Source: Macrostomum lignano (taxonomy: Eukaryota). Taken from it: a stretch of DNA of 64,000 nt. The translations under genes and the position numbers were made by a program. The notes beneath the pieces were generated by a model. The model saw nothing but the letters and a program-made list of their open reading frames with translations. It was not told the origin of the DNA and made no database searches. The stretch spans positions 1 through 64,000 of the forward strand of contig NIVC01001122.1 in assembly GCA_002269645.1 (NCBI GenBank), in the 5' to 3' direction. Below are positions 47,530 to 58,330 of this stretch, piece after piece. The stretch's first letter is position 1. Every line of letters begins with the position of its first letter.

Positions 47530-48567
47530 TTAATTAATTTCTGTGTCAGCTGGTATCACTAGGAGTTCAGCTCTAGTGAATGACCGCGTGGGGGATTTAG
47601 GGTTAAAGGCTTGAGATAAAAAGTAATACTCTCCAGAGTCGGATGTAAAATGTCTGTCTATTTTATGTACATCAAGGCTGAAGTATGGATCTGTAGCTCT
47701 TCTTTTGGTGTCTTTCTCTAGCTCTCCAGGTAGATATAAAAAGCGTAGAAACTCAGAGTTTGTCAGTATGTATGGTGATTCAACTCCTGGAAGCTGAGGG
47801 TAGTTCGAGGTGTGTTTTGTGTTGTGTGTGTTGTGTGGGGTTGTAGTGTTGTTGTCTGTTCTTTGAGTTGCCTTAAGTTTGACAGTGTCTTGTTTAATTG
47901 CATGGGACGGTTTCAATCCAGTCATACGTGTGACTTCATTGTTCAGTTGCTCTATAACAATGGGGAGTCTTTCTGTCCACTTGGTATAGTATTGCCCCGC
48001 ACTCAGTTTGAGTTCTTGCGCTGTCTGCTTTGTGAATAGTCTCTTGGCTAGAGTTAGATTGAATCTTTCCACAAAAGCCTGGTCTCTGTGCAAGTTTGTT
48101 CTGCCATAGCGAATCTCTGTGTTTTTCTTTTCCATAAGGGATTTCACTACACCCATGAATTCCTTACCCGGGTCGGTCATAAAGATTTGGGGGTATGTGA
48201 GCGGAGAGTTTTTATAAATATCTTGCAGTGCGCTGGCAACAACCTCTGACTTCTTCGTCTTGAGTGGGCGAGCTTCCTTATATCTGGAAGCAATGTCTAT
48301 TACTGTGAGAGCATACTTGTAGCCTGAGTCATTGGGGAGAAACAAAAGATCTGCTTGGTGCGCTTCATTAGGTTTATAGATGCTAAAGTGAGGTCTTGTA
48401 AATTTTACTGGTGGGAAATAGACTTGGTAGACTGCTTGCTTAGAGAGCCACTTTTCTACTTTAGCTTTTGGTTCCTTACTCAGCTCCATGAGTTTACTAA
48501 CGGCATTTTTGCCTACAAAGAAACCTTTGTCGCTGTAGTAGAGTTTTTTAAGTTTCTGATCTGTCAT
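47530..48567 (-). CDS. rve-family DDE integrase (345 aa)
   Basis: HQADL (D), VIDIASRY, TDPGKEF (D), VERFNLTL (E). Confidence 0.95.
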   Translation of the reverse strand: MTDQKLKKLYYSDKGFFVGKNAVSKLMELSKEPKAKVEKWLSKQAVYQVYFPPVKFTRPHFSIYKPNEAHQADLLFLPNDSGYKYALTVIDIASRYKEARPLKTKKSEVVASALQDIYKNSPLTYPQIFMTDPGKEFMGVVKSLMEKKNTEIRYGRTNLHRDQAFVERFNLTLAKRLFTKQTAQELKLSAGQYYTKWTERLPIVIEQLNNEVTRMTGLKPSHAIKQDTVKLKATQRTDNNTTTPHNTHNTKHTSNYPQLPGVESPYILTNSEFLRFLYLPGELEKDTKRRATDPYFSLDVHKIDRHFTSDSGEYYFLSQAFNPKSPTRSFTRAELLVIPADTEIN

Positions 48568-48597
48568 TTATTTAAAAAGAAAATTTTAAATAAAATA

Positions 48598-49086
48598 ATG
48601 CAGCGCTCTGGTGGTAAGTTAGATTCACATGGACTGATAGAAAAGCTTCCTCATCCGAACAAAGGCTGGACACTTCCCGGCTATAAATATTGCGGGCCTT
48701 TGAATCCACTTGAAATACAGCTAGATAAAAACAATAATCCACATCCTGGGCATGAGCCTGTGAACGAGCTAGACTCTGTCTGCATGTGGCACGACGTTAA
48801 GTATAGAGATTTTCCTGAGGAGAAGAATCGCTGGGACAAAGAAATGCTCAGGAGACTCGACAATATAGGGGCTTCAAGCGGATTTCGTGAGTCGATCGCT
48901 CGGAAGCTAGTTAAAGCTGTTATTTTTGGTAAAACAAAGTTGGGGTTGGGGGTGTACGCCGAGGGCGGGTGTTTGGGGAGAGAAGGTGGGTGCACGGGGA
49001 GAGAGGGAGCAGGGTTTATTTTGTGTGCTCCAAACGAGGTATTAGGAAGACTGCTGAAAGAGCTGGGGGTAGAGAGAGGCGCTTGA
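48598..49086 (+). CDS. Parvovirus VP1u-like phospholipase A2 (162 aa)
   Basis: LPGYKYCGP Ca-loop-like motif, PVNELDSVCMWHDVKY with the catalytic HD dyad, and downstream D (RWDKEM). Confidence 0.85.
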   Translation: MQRSGGKLDSHGLIEKLPHPNKGWTLPGYKYCGPLNPLEIQLDKNNNPHPGHEPVNELDSVCMWHDVKYRDFPEEKNRWDKEMLRRLDNIGASSGFRESIARKLVKAVIFGKTKLGLGVYAEGGCLGREGGCTGREGAGFILCAPNEVLGRLLKELGVERGA

Positions 49087-49234
49087 GTCGGGAAGGGCTT
49101 AACTATTATTCTCAGCCCTAGCCAAACGCAACAGCTGCATTTTGAAAAGTTGAGAAGCAGAAGGGGGGGTAACTGCTATTTTCTGAGGGAGCGCAAAGTT
49201 CCACGCGTGCATTCCTTTCCGCTTTGACAACCGG

Positions 49235-49814
49235 ATGGAAGGAAGCGGGTGGAGGGAATCGATCGCTCGGAAGCTAGTTAAAGCAAGCAAGAAAATTCAG
49301 CTTATTTCGCCCGCAAACGTTCTTCGTCACGCACGATACTGCACTGTTGTGGCTGCTGATTTCATTATGTTGTAAGTTTATTCATTTTTTTACTTTCTGA
49401 TAATCCTGTGGTAAGAATTGAAACATCTCTTATTTTGATTAAATCTTTGTTTTTAGTTCACAAAAAATTACGTTCTACTGGACCGACCTAGAAAATCTCC
49501 ATGGTCGCCTTGTTGAAGGATTAGATGCCAACGAACTGGCATCAGAGAGAATTCAAGAAGTTCTCCACAATTTATTCAATAAAAAAGTTGAGAACCAGCG
49601 AATTCGTTCCAGAGCGGCCGAGGAGACCCAGGTTCGCAACTATGCCATGAGAACCGAAATGGTGTTTGACGAACTTCGCCGATCATTTGTTGCTGATGAA
49701 GTTTCACTTCTTAGTTATCAACCATTTTTTCCAGGATTTTATCAATGTAAGCTACTCATAGTAGTCTTCGAAACACTTTCCTGGATCTCCAGGATTTTTT
49801 TCTGGATTTTTTAA
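49235..49814 (+). CDS. Predicted two-exon ORFan inside the Polinton: join(49235..49371,49457..49814), 164 aa
   Basis: ATG, GTAAGT donor at 49372, T-rich ...tttgtttttag acceptor at 49456. The phases join in frame to a stop-free stretch of ~120 codons lacking an early ATG. Confidence 0.6.
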
Positions 49815-50160
49815 ACTCGTGCCAATTCCTGACAATACAGGAATTCCTGAAAATACAGGAAAGTCTTTTACTGGATTTTTTTCCATGATTTTATCAATGT
49901 AAGCTACTCATAGTAGTCTTCTAAACACTTTCCTGGATCTCCAGGATTTTTTTCCAGGATTTTTTTTAAACTCGTGCCAATTCCTGACAATACAGGAATT
50001 CCTGACAATACAGGAAAGTCTTTTACTGGATTTTTTTCCATGATTTTATCAATGTAAGCTACTCATAGTAGTCTTCTAAACACTTTCCTGGATCTCCAGG
50101 ATTTTTTTAAACTCGTGCCAATTCCTGACAATACAGGAATTCCTGACAATACAGGAAAGT
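49737..50160. repeat. ~152-155-bp tandem repeat (about 3 units) containing short palindromes
   Basis: atcaatgtaagctac at 49741, 49893 and 50048; internal TCCTGGA-tc-TCCAGGA and TTCCTG-acaata-CAGGAA. Confidence 0.92.
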
Positions 50161-50410
50161 GCTGTTCACAAAATGACCGGGAGGAAAATCAATATTATTC
50201 TGGATCCGAAGAATATCGATTTTGGATTGTGCGAGGATCTACAATATCTTGTTCTTTCTCTACCTTCATTCATTTCCAGCCTTGCAACTAGCTTGCACGT
50301 CGCGGAAGAAAATTCTCAGCCGGATAGCCCTGCACACTCAGTGTCTGCTCTTTCCTCCTTATTTCCTCCTGTTTTATGTAAATATACTTGCGAATAAATG
50401 AACTCAGTAT

Positions 50411-50960
50411 GTTTTTTAACGCAATTGCTTAATGATTTCTGCAAAGTTATAGTAGCTGTCGTAATCGTTAATGACTACTCCATACTTATGAAACCAGTGT
50501 CTTTGGAGAGCTTGATTAATATTAGGGACATTGATATCCATGCCGGGCCAATATTTTCTCATGTACTCGCTGCATTCAAGTTTGCATCGGTACTTGGATT
50601 TGTAATTAGGCTCGTCCGCTTTGTAATAAGAACCCGGAGAGACAACTGGAAACATTTTTATTGAGAATTTAATTTTTTTTTCAAAGGGTAAGGACCCTGC
50701 GCTGATGATTTAAAGTCTTTGGGATCTGGTTTCGCTTTGCAAATTGAATGTGGGGAGAAGAATGCAGATTATTTTCTGATTGTTTCGAACATGCTATGGG
50801 TGGATGTCGGTGTCAGTGAGCATAGCAGGTGTCCTACTGTTATGCTCTGATTCTGTCAGGGATAATGCTCTGATTCTGTCAGGGATAATATGGATGGATT
50901 TAGGTGGATTATGGAGGACGTGAAAAATTTTGTCCCAGAAGCCCCCTCATGCATTCTACT
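50411..50960 (-). repeat. Right TIR of the Polinton (550 bp)
   Basis: Inverted match to 30463-31177. Confidence 0.93.
50416..50655 (-). CDS. TIR-encoded 79-aa Tyr/aromatic-rich ORFan (left-TIR copy 30932-31099 truncated to 55 aa)
   Basis: AAAAATG start like other element genes; stop falls 5 bp from the inner TIR edge. Confidence 0.5.
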   Translation of the reverse strand: MFPVVSPGSYYKADEPNYKSKYRCKLECSEYMRKYWPGMDINVPNINQALQRHWFHKYGVVINDYDSYYNFAEIIKQLR

Positions 50961-51789
50961 CAACTGCCGACCAACTTTAGAAAAAAGTTTAACCAGTCAG
51001 TCTCTTGGGCGCTATGATGCCTGACTTTAGTGCGTTTACTGCCGTCTGACAGCAATGCTGCTTGAAAAAGTGAACTTTCGCATGCGCGAAGCTTTTGTTT
51101 CAGACGCTGCATTTTAATTTAATCAATACGCGCTTGTACTTTTCCGCCAGCAGAGTTTAGCATTCCACTTCAGCTTGGCCGCATCCTACAATTTAATCTA
51201 GTAGGTAATCACTTAGCTTGAATGAAAAACCCACTAGGGGCAGCGTAAATATAATTAGGATGAGACTATACCAGACTGTATTTCAACTGCAAAGGTATTT
51301 TTCTTACTTATACATAGTTTTGGCATTCATACGTCTCTGGATTTTTATGTTTGCCAGCTTAAACGCTTGCAATTTGCTTATTGCATAGAGGAATTACATG
51401 CACAGTGATTTTGTTACGTTCGCGCACTCGTCATCAAGGCATTTAGCACTCAAAATTCATCAAAATTCATTTTCACACTGAAATGGGCACTTAGTTCGTA
51501 AAAGTCAGTGACAATGCACAGGCGTCAAGAGGCGATAAAATTTCACTGAAACGTCGCTTGTATGCCGGCCTCCAAACAAAGTTACATTCTATTTCGACAG
51601 AGATTTGTGAGCATGGATACAATCTTAAAAGTTAATCTATTTTTAAATTTTAGTTTTCACTGTACTGCACAACTGTACAATTGTTGCACACTAAGAGTTG
51701 ATGTGAGGGCTGAGAAGAAGATCTGATTGAAGTAGACGATTAATTGCTGGAAGAAGATGGAATCGATGAAGTTGAAGCAGGATTTGAGG

Positions 51790-51980
51790 AAGAGCTCGTG
51801 GCACAGCAGCCTCGACAGTACGCTATTGTAAACAACAGTGAAAGAGACCGTATCATCAAGGCTGCTGATCGTGGGGATGACTTTGTGGAACTGGCGCGCG
51901 GAGTCAAGAGGTCAACAGCGTACAGGATTATGAGGTCAGGAAAGCGGAAGAGAAGCCCCAAAGGTGGAGCTCTTTGCAAG
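51790..51980 (+). pseudogene. Fragment of IS630/Tc1-like transposase N-terminal HTH
   Basis: NSERDRIIKA..RGDDFVELA.GVKRSTAYRI...PKGG resembles that HTH region; no catalytic domain or TIRs found. Confidence 0.45.
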
Positions 51981-53702
51981 ACACATTTAACCATGCTTAC
52001 ATACGTACCTCGCTGCTTTGGTGGACATGCAATTGATGATTAGGTCCCAGATGGTTGGTCAACTTGAGATGGCTCAAGTTGATTAACTGACATTGACTCG
52101 ATCCTGTTTTAAATTTTACTCTTACGCTCGTATGTTCATCGATAGGTTCTTTTTTTTCTATTTGTCGAAATAGAATGTAACTTTGTTTCTTTTGAATTTC
52201 AAAGCTTAACGTGTGCGTCACTCAGGTACAATTTTGGCCACAGACAGTCTGAATTGAATTGTCTGTGGCCAAATCATCTGTTTCAATCTGTTTGAAACAG
52301 ATGATCTGTCTGTCATCTGCTTCAATAGAAAGGGACTTTGTTTGAATTGAACTTCCGCAACCGCTGATATTTCTTAAAGTGTTTGAACTGAAGTTCCGCT
52401 TGTTTCTTTTGAACAAGACTTTGTTCAAGATAGGAGGTAAAATGGTGTACCTGGTCCTTGTTACATTAAGCTGTAAGTGAAGTTTCGGTCTTGCTAAGGA
52501 CCTTGCAGTAGTTTTCGGCATTGTGAACTGTGGTCTTTTGAAAGCGAGCCGCAAAAACATACTCGTAAGCATTAAAGGATTAAGCATTATGCCGAAGCAT
52601 TAAAGTTGTGTCATGGAAGATCGGTAGGTGAGGAAACTCGTGGTGATGCGCCTGACGATGTCCGATTCAGCCGGAACGCGTTGCGAATAGTAGTTTTTGT
52701 CAGTTTTTAATTTATTCCTCTACTCTACGAGGTGGATTTCTACAGTTTCAAACAAACTTTACCGTAAATTTAAGGTACTGCGCCCTCTAGTACCTTTGAT
52801 CTTTGGTGCAGCAGTGCACTCTGATTCTAAAATTACCTTTCTTTTTCCCAGCGTGCATTGTTGTATGTAGACTTAAATTTAATGGGAGTCTCAATAGCAG
52901 GATTGAATCGGAAGTGAAAAATGTTTTAATCGAAGCAGTTTATTCAACGCTACCTCTTTCATTAGGAATTGGATTCTAACAACTGATTGATCTGGAGGCA
53001 GACTAGGCATTGTTTTCGTGAGAATTTATTGTTCTCACAGGCGAAAAATTGAAATCGCTATTCCACTCGAAACCTTGCATTTACTTTCCTTTCCTCCACT
53101 TTTATCCCGGATTTCTTTATGAGGCTCACTGCTTTGTGCACCTCTGTTTTCAATGCAGTGTTTGATTGCAACTCCAGTGCGGTAGTGAATCCCAAACCCA
53201 TTGATCAAGCATCTGACTTGATCTTGCAGCTAAAAGCTCTTTGATATAGAATTGCTTCTACATGTATAGGGGACGGTGATTTGTGTATTTTTGCATGCTC
53301 GTTTCTGAGTTCAATCTGTCATTTGTAGGTTTTTTAATCCCTGCGCGCAGACGATTGGACATCAAGAGTAGTTCAGTAGTCCTTGTTTTATTCCATGTAT
53401 GGCTTGCGACAGCGCTGTGCCGCCGTGCTAATTAAAAGTATAACTTGCCCATAATTAACTTATTTTCTAGCACATTACAAATATAATATATTTGACTTTT
53501 AATTAATCTTTTACGGCATCTTTAATCCTTTAAATTGCCAACATGAGGTCGTTACAGGGCCTGCATATTCTGGCTATTTAGATTAGAACACTGGAGCAGA
53601 TGCCTAAAGATCGCACTCTTCCGCGCGTTCGACCTAAAGGCGTCCTGCAGACGGTGTTTGAAGATATCAGCTAAAAAAGCGCATCTTAGTGGAACTACTC
53701 AC

Positions 53703-54165
53703 CAACGTATCTCTCCACTGTGGAGGTGACCAGCAGCCACACGGACACCATTCTGGACGAATAAGAGAAGAACAGGCGCAGCTGGCAGGCTATCTGGGTG
53801 TACAGCCAGTCGCGGGACCAGTCCGGCAGCAGGGTCTGCTTCTGCAGCCAGTCTGGCGCTACGTAGAACAGCAGCACCAGCAGGTCGGCCCCAGCCAGCG
53901 CGGTGAAGTAAGCTTTAGCCGACTGGTTGGCGGTCTGGCGCCTGGTGAACACCAGGATGCAGAGGCCGTTGCCAATGCAGCCAATCAGCAGCACGAAAGG
54001 CGTCACCGCAGTGAAGATGTACTGGCTCAGTGCAGCGCTGAGCGCCGTCGGATGCACCAGCGGGGCTATCGTAGCGTTCGAACTGTTGTAGAGTCCATCG
54101 CCCTGTGCGCTGGAGTTTCCGCACTGCAGTATGCTGCAGAGAAAATCCTTGTCCAGCACTTGCAT
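53703..54165 (-). CDS. Neuropeptide/FMRFamide-receptor-like GPCR, exon 1 (N-terminus to TM3); full protein ~440 aa
   Basis: N-glycosylation sites, GCIGN (TM1), LAGADLLVL (TM2), C..., VERYV then G|GTGAGT donor. Splicing to exon 2 gives ERYVGVRNPL. Confidence 0.88.
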
Positions 54166-55878
54166 GACGTTGTTGTTGACGTACTGACTGTCTAAGAATT
54201 TCCTTTTTTTATTACTTCGAAGTAGATTTGGCTTTGATGCGCAAGGGACGGGTTGCTTACGAGGTATTAGCCTGACTTGGCCGGCTTGGAGTTGAGTAAT
54301 CCGATTTCACAGCTCCGCTGATAAAGCCTTTAGATCTCCGCTTCTGATTGGCCGAGACTGCTCCCTGGCCATGGGCTGAGTTGCTGCTGTCATTCATAAC
54401 ATATTTTAAGATGTAACAAAAGGCTCGTATTCTTTATTCGATTCATTTCAGATCAGGAGATTAAATTTAATATGGTTGGGAGTATTGAGACAAAAAAAAT
54501 TGTACCTGCACAAGTCCGCCTTTGGTAAACAAAATTTTTATTCCATGCTGTAGGAACTGCTTCTCATGAGCTCTTAGAGTTGAAATAGTGAGCTGTGGGA
54601 CCTCGGCTTCCGCTCAGTGGGTGTACGAGAGGAAGCTGAAAGCGATTTGGAATCATCTGATCGATTAATCAGAAAGTTGCTCGCTTAGTATACATGTGCG
54701 GTGTACATGTACTTGCTCAGCGTCCTGAGGCTTGAGGCTTGTCTGGGTAGCCAGATAAAGTGCTCACTTCGCACCTCAATTCATCTCGAATAAGCGTACA
54801 GGTGTTTATGTTCGATTCTGAACAAGTGCACAGGTGTTTATGTTAAAGCGCACTGAGCATTTCTATTCTTGGAAATGAGCTCAGATTTTACTGCACAGAG
54901 TAGCTCTCCTACTCACTTTTAAACCTTTCAGCATAATTGAATTGCTATTAAATTTAATTTAATTTGAGATTTGAGGCTCACACCTGCTCACCAAAAACAG
55001 CTCTCTGTACCGACAAGGTAGTGAGAGTGGTGGCCGGGACGCCGGCGTCAGCCAGCAAGCAGTCGATGAAACGTTGAGCGTCAGCGTCAGCAGCAGAACC
55101 CCCTAAATCGGCAGACCTTCTCGAATGAGTTTCGTTGACCTGGCCATACATGCACAGTGTAGGGTGTCTCACTAGAAAATGTGCCTCATAATCACGAGCT
55201 AAATTAGAAATCTCTGTTTGTCGGGCTTCTCGAAATGCTAAAACTTTTTGATCTCTTAATCTTTTAATTTCAGTTTAAAAGACAGTTTAAAAGCGTCACA
55301 AAGACTTTCCGAATGAGCAGCTTTAGGTGTAGTTTACCCTTGATTAAAAACCATAGTAGCCTCAAAGCTTGTGGAGTAATAAGCATGGCGAGGTCACCTT
55401 ATGAGAAGGTGGAGAGTAAAATAAAAAGTAGCAACCCATTTAGGCTGCTGCTACGACAGGGACAACTTCCAAAAATATCCATGAACGCGACTGGAAAAGA
55501 CGTCTCCTTCTATTTAACGCCTTGTCGTGCACATCAGAGATTGGATTGCTTTGGTTTCCAGGACTGTCGCAGTGAGCTCGCTCAGATGCTGGCACTAGTT
55601 ATGCAGCAGAGTTGCATCATCAGTGCAATGCAGCAGATTTTCTACCAATCATTAAAAAGCGGTCTGTTGTGTTTCGGAATGAAATTTGGTGCACGCAAAT
55701 GGGCTTAAACCTCTATTTGACTGCAGTTTTAGGCGCTTATATCCGTTCCCGACGGATAGGCCGAAAACAGCCATAGACAGTTTACAAATTTACGATCGTA
55801 AATGCTGCTACTACCACCGTTCCTGACGTGACGTGAAAGTCAGGAATCGAATGTTGTTTAAGCGAGTATAAGTATAAG

Positions 55879-55967
55879 ATAATCCCCACTTGATTTCGTT
55901 TCTTTGGCCTAGAAACGCAGTCCTCAGCCGTTCCTAGGCCAAAGAAACGAAATCAAGTGGGGATTAT
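55879..55967. other. 89-nt near-perfect hairpin (39-bp stem, one mismatch, 11-nt loop)
   Basis: ataatccccacttgatttcgtttctttggcctagaaacg and its reverse complement at 55929-55967. Confidence 0.9.
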
Positions 55968-57061
55968 AATATTTAATTGCCGCAGCCAGCGGGAGGAAAT
56001 GAGACTAAGCCTCGGCCATAGACTATTGACTATAAAGCTCTATAAAGCCGAATATTCTGTGTAAGATCAGAAAAGCTTCAGTTGTGTGTAGCTTGGTACC
56101 GAATATGGGTGACATCTCTGCTGCTGTCGTTGTTGAAGCCCCGGATATGGAGTTTTCGCCGGACTACTGGATTTCATCCTGAAGCCCGGTGAGTGAGTCT
56201 CGGGTGACTGCGGCGCAGGTGCAAGTGCCCTTGCCTCCTCTGGAGGTGCAGGCTCCTACGAAGAAAATGCGCATAGAGGCTTTTGGAGACAGCAACAAAG
56301 TGGTGTTCCACTTTGATTACTTTCATCCTCCCTCCTTCGCTGACTCCCTCTGACACCCTCTGATACAAGACTGCTTATAACTGTTCGTTGTTAGATTTTT
56401 CACTTTCGATCCCCATTTGTTGCTATTCAGTGTTGTGAAACCGGTCTTTGTGTTTCTACCATAGACAATTATTTCTTGGCCTCCAAGAAACGCCTGATGG
56501 GAGTCTCAACTCATTTGAAAGAATGTTTTTTAGCCATAGACAATTATTTCTTGGAGTCCAAGAAATGAAAATACACAGAGGAGATAGGCAGCTGGCCGGG
56601 CCAAAGCGGGGATTAAATTCTTGCGATATATTTGCAGTAGTAGAATAATCTAAGTTGCTTGACGAAACACAGATCGAGTGCAGTAAGTTAAATATTGTGA
56701 ATATTGAACTTCACTGGTGCATTACATGGCTGAGTAAGTGGAGAGACTTAAGGGGCGAGGCAAGGCTAGCGCAATGATGTACACTGAATTGCACAGAGTA
56801 CGCATTGGTTTACAGAGTACATAGAAACTTGGAATTGAATAAAGTTAAGTGACTAAGTTAGCAGAATGAAGTCTAATTGAATAAAGCTACGAGCCGTAAG
56901 CAACAAACCGCACACAGTTACCCATGCTAACAAACCAACGAACCGTCACTTTAGTTCCTGCCTATGGTCTCGCTTAGATTTAGTGTCTGTTCGCTAATTT
57001 AATTCATTTATACGGACTGCTTTATACGAGCATTTTACTTTTTGTTTAGTTTTGACTAGTT

Positions 57062-58330
57062 ATGGATCTCATTTACACGTCGGACTCAGAAGACAAATGG
57101 AGGAAGAACACGAGTGTCACCAAGCTATCGAAGGGACGGACGACAGGCCCACGGCTGTCACAGAGTTCATGGGCACCCCAGGTTTTCGGCCGGATTGGGT
57201 ACCACCACAATCAGCGAATGGCAGTGAGTCAGAGTTTTTGCACCATAACCTAACCGACGAGCTGTTCGAGAACATTGCGAGGTGGACGAACGAACACGCC
57301 TGGAGTTTCGCTGAGGAAAGGTCAGCTGATGAGTTACCAAAGGTTGTGTCTACATGGAAGGATTGCAGTTTTGACGAGGTGAAGAAGCTGATCGGCATCG
57401 TGTTGCTTATGGGCATTGATGACAAGCCGGAGATCAGCTCATACTGGGCAAAGGATCCTGTGTACCACTGCACGTTTCTGGCTCAGCCACATTCACTTTC
57501 GCGCGATCGTTTCAAGCAGATTCTCTCCTGCCTTCTCTTTTACAGTAGCGCTGGTCCCGCTCCTCAAAGCCCTGTGGACAAAATCTCTCCATTCCTTGCT
57601 CTTGTGCAGCACGCCTGTCGGAACAACTACATGCCCGATCAGAATCTATCAATTGACGAGACTCTGGTCATGTACAAAGGACGGGTACAGTTTAGGCAGT
57701 ACATTCCCTCTAAGAAGAGCAAGTATGGTATCAAGTTATACTGCCTGTGTGAGGCCAAGTCCAGATACCTGTGGAACTTTGCCGTTCACACAACGCAGCA
57801 GGAGAATGGCAGGTTTGGTGCCGGACTGGACTGTGAGGCCCTGTCCTTTAGTGAGCGAGTCGTAGCCGAGCTATGCGCGCATTCTACATCTTGGCCATCG
57901 CATCTTCACCGACAGCTGGTTTACATCGTACCGACTGGCTTCGTGGCTACTAGCCCGCGACACCATGCCGACTGGCACCGTGCGCAAAGATCGTGGACCG
58001 CCGCCACTGCTGCGAGACACTAACCTGCACCCTACATCATCAGCATTCGCAAGGTGTGGCAACGTGCTGACGTGCAACTTTGTAGACTCCAAGAACAGTG
58101 GCAAGAAGACTGTGTACTTGCTGGACACGGCAGGTAACGCGCAGTGCCACGATGTGGCCCGCATTCGCCCTGGTGGTCAGCAGCAAGTGATGGCGAAGCC
58201 GGTCAGCATCACCACGTACAGTCGTTGTATGGGTTGAGTGGACCGCATGGACTCTAACACGAGTCCCTACATACCGCAAGTCGCTGCGCTGGTTCAACAA
58301 GCTCTTGGCACTTGTTTCGTGGTGGCTGTT
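57062..58330 (+). pseudogene. Degenerate piggyBac (PGBD4-like) transposase
   Basis: MDL..SDSED start; MSRDRF-like SLSRDRFKQI; LSIDE; RQYIPSKKSKYGIKLY; frameshifted FTDSWF; TGTVRKDR; MG*VDRMD with an in-frame stop. TTAA-bounded ends not located. Confidence 0.88.

Larger units (their letters stand above)
30463..50960. mobile_element. Polinton/Maverick (adintovirus-type) endogenous virus, ~15.9 kb plus a nested Gypsy
   Basis: Termini AGTAGAATGCATG...CATGCATTCTACT; 6-bp TSD CAACTG at 30457-30462 and 50961-50966; long TIRs; pPolB, integrase, ATPase, protease and two capsid-like ORFs. Confidence 0.95.

Noticed and set aside
31378-49009. Inverted GC-rich 22-mers near both ends of the Polinton (31378-31399 and 48988-49009)
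   Set aside because: Low-complexity C/T-rich sequence with only partial identity; could be chance.
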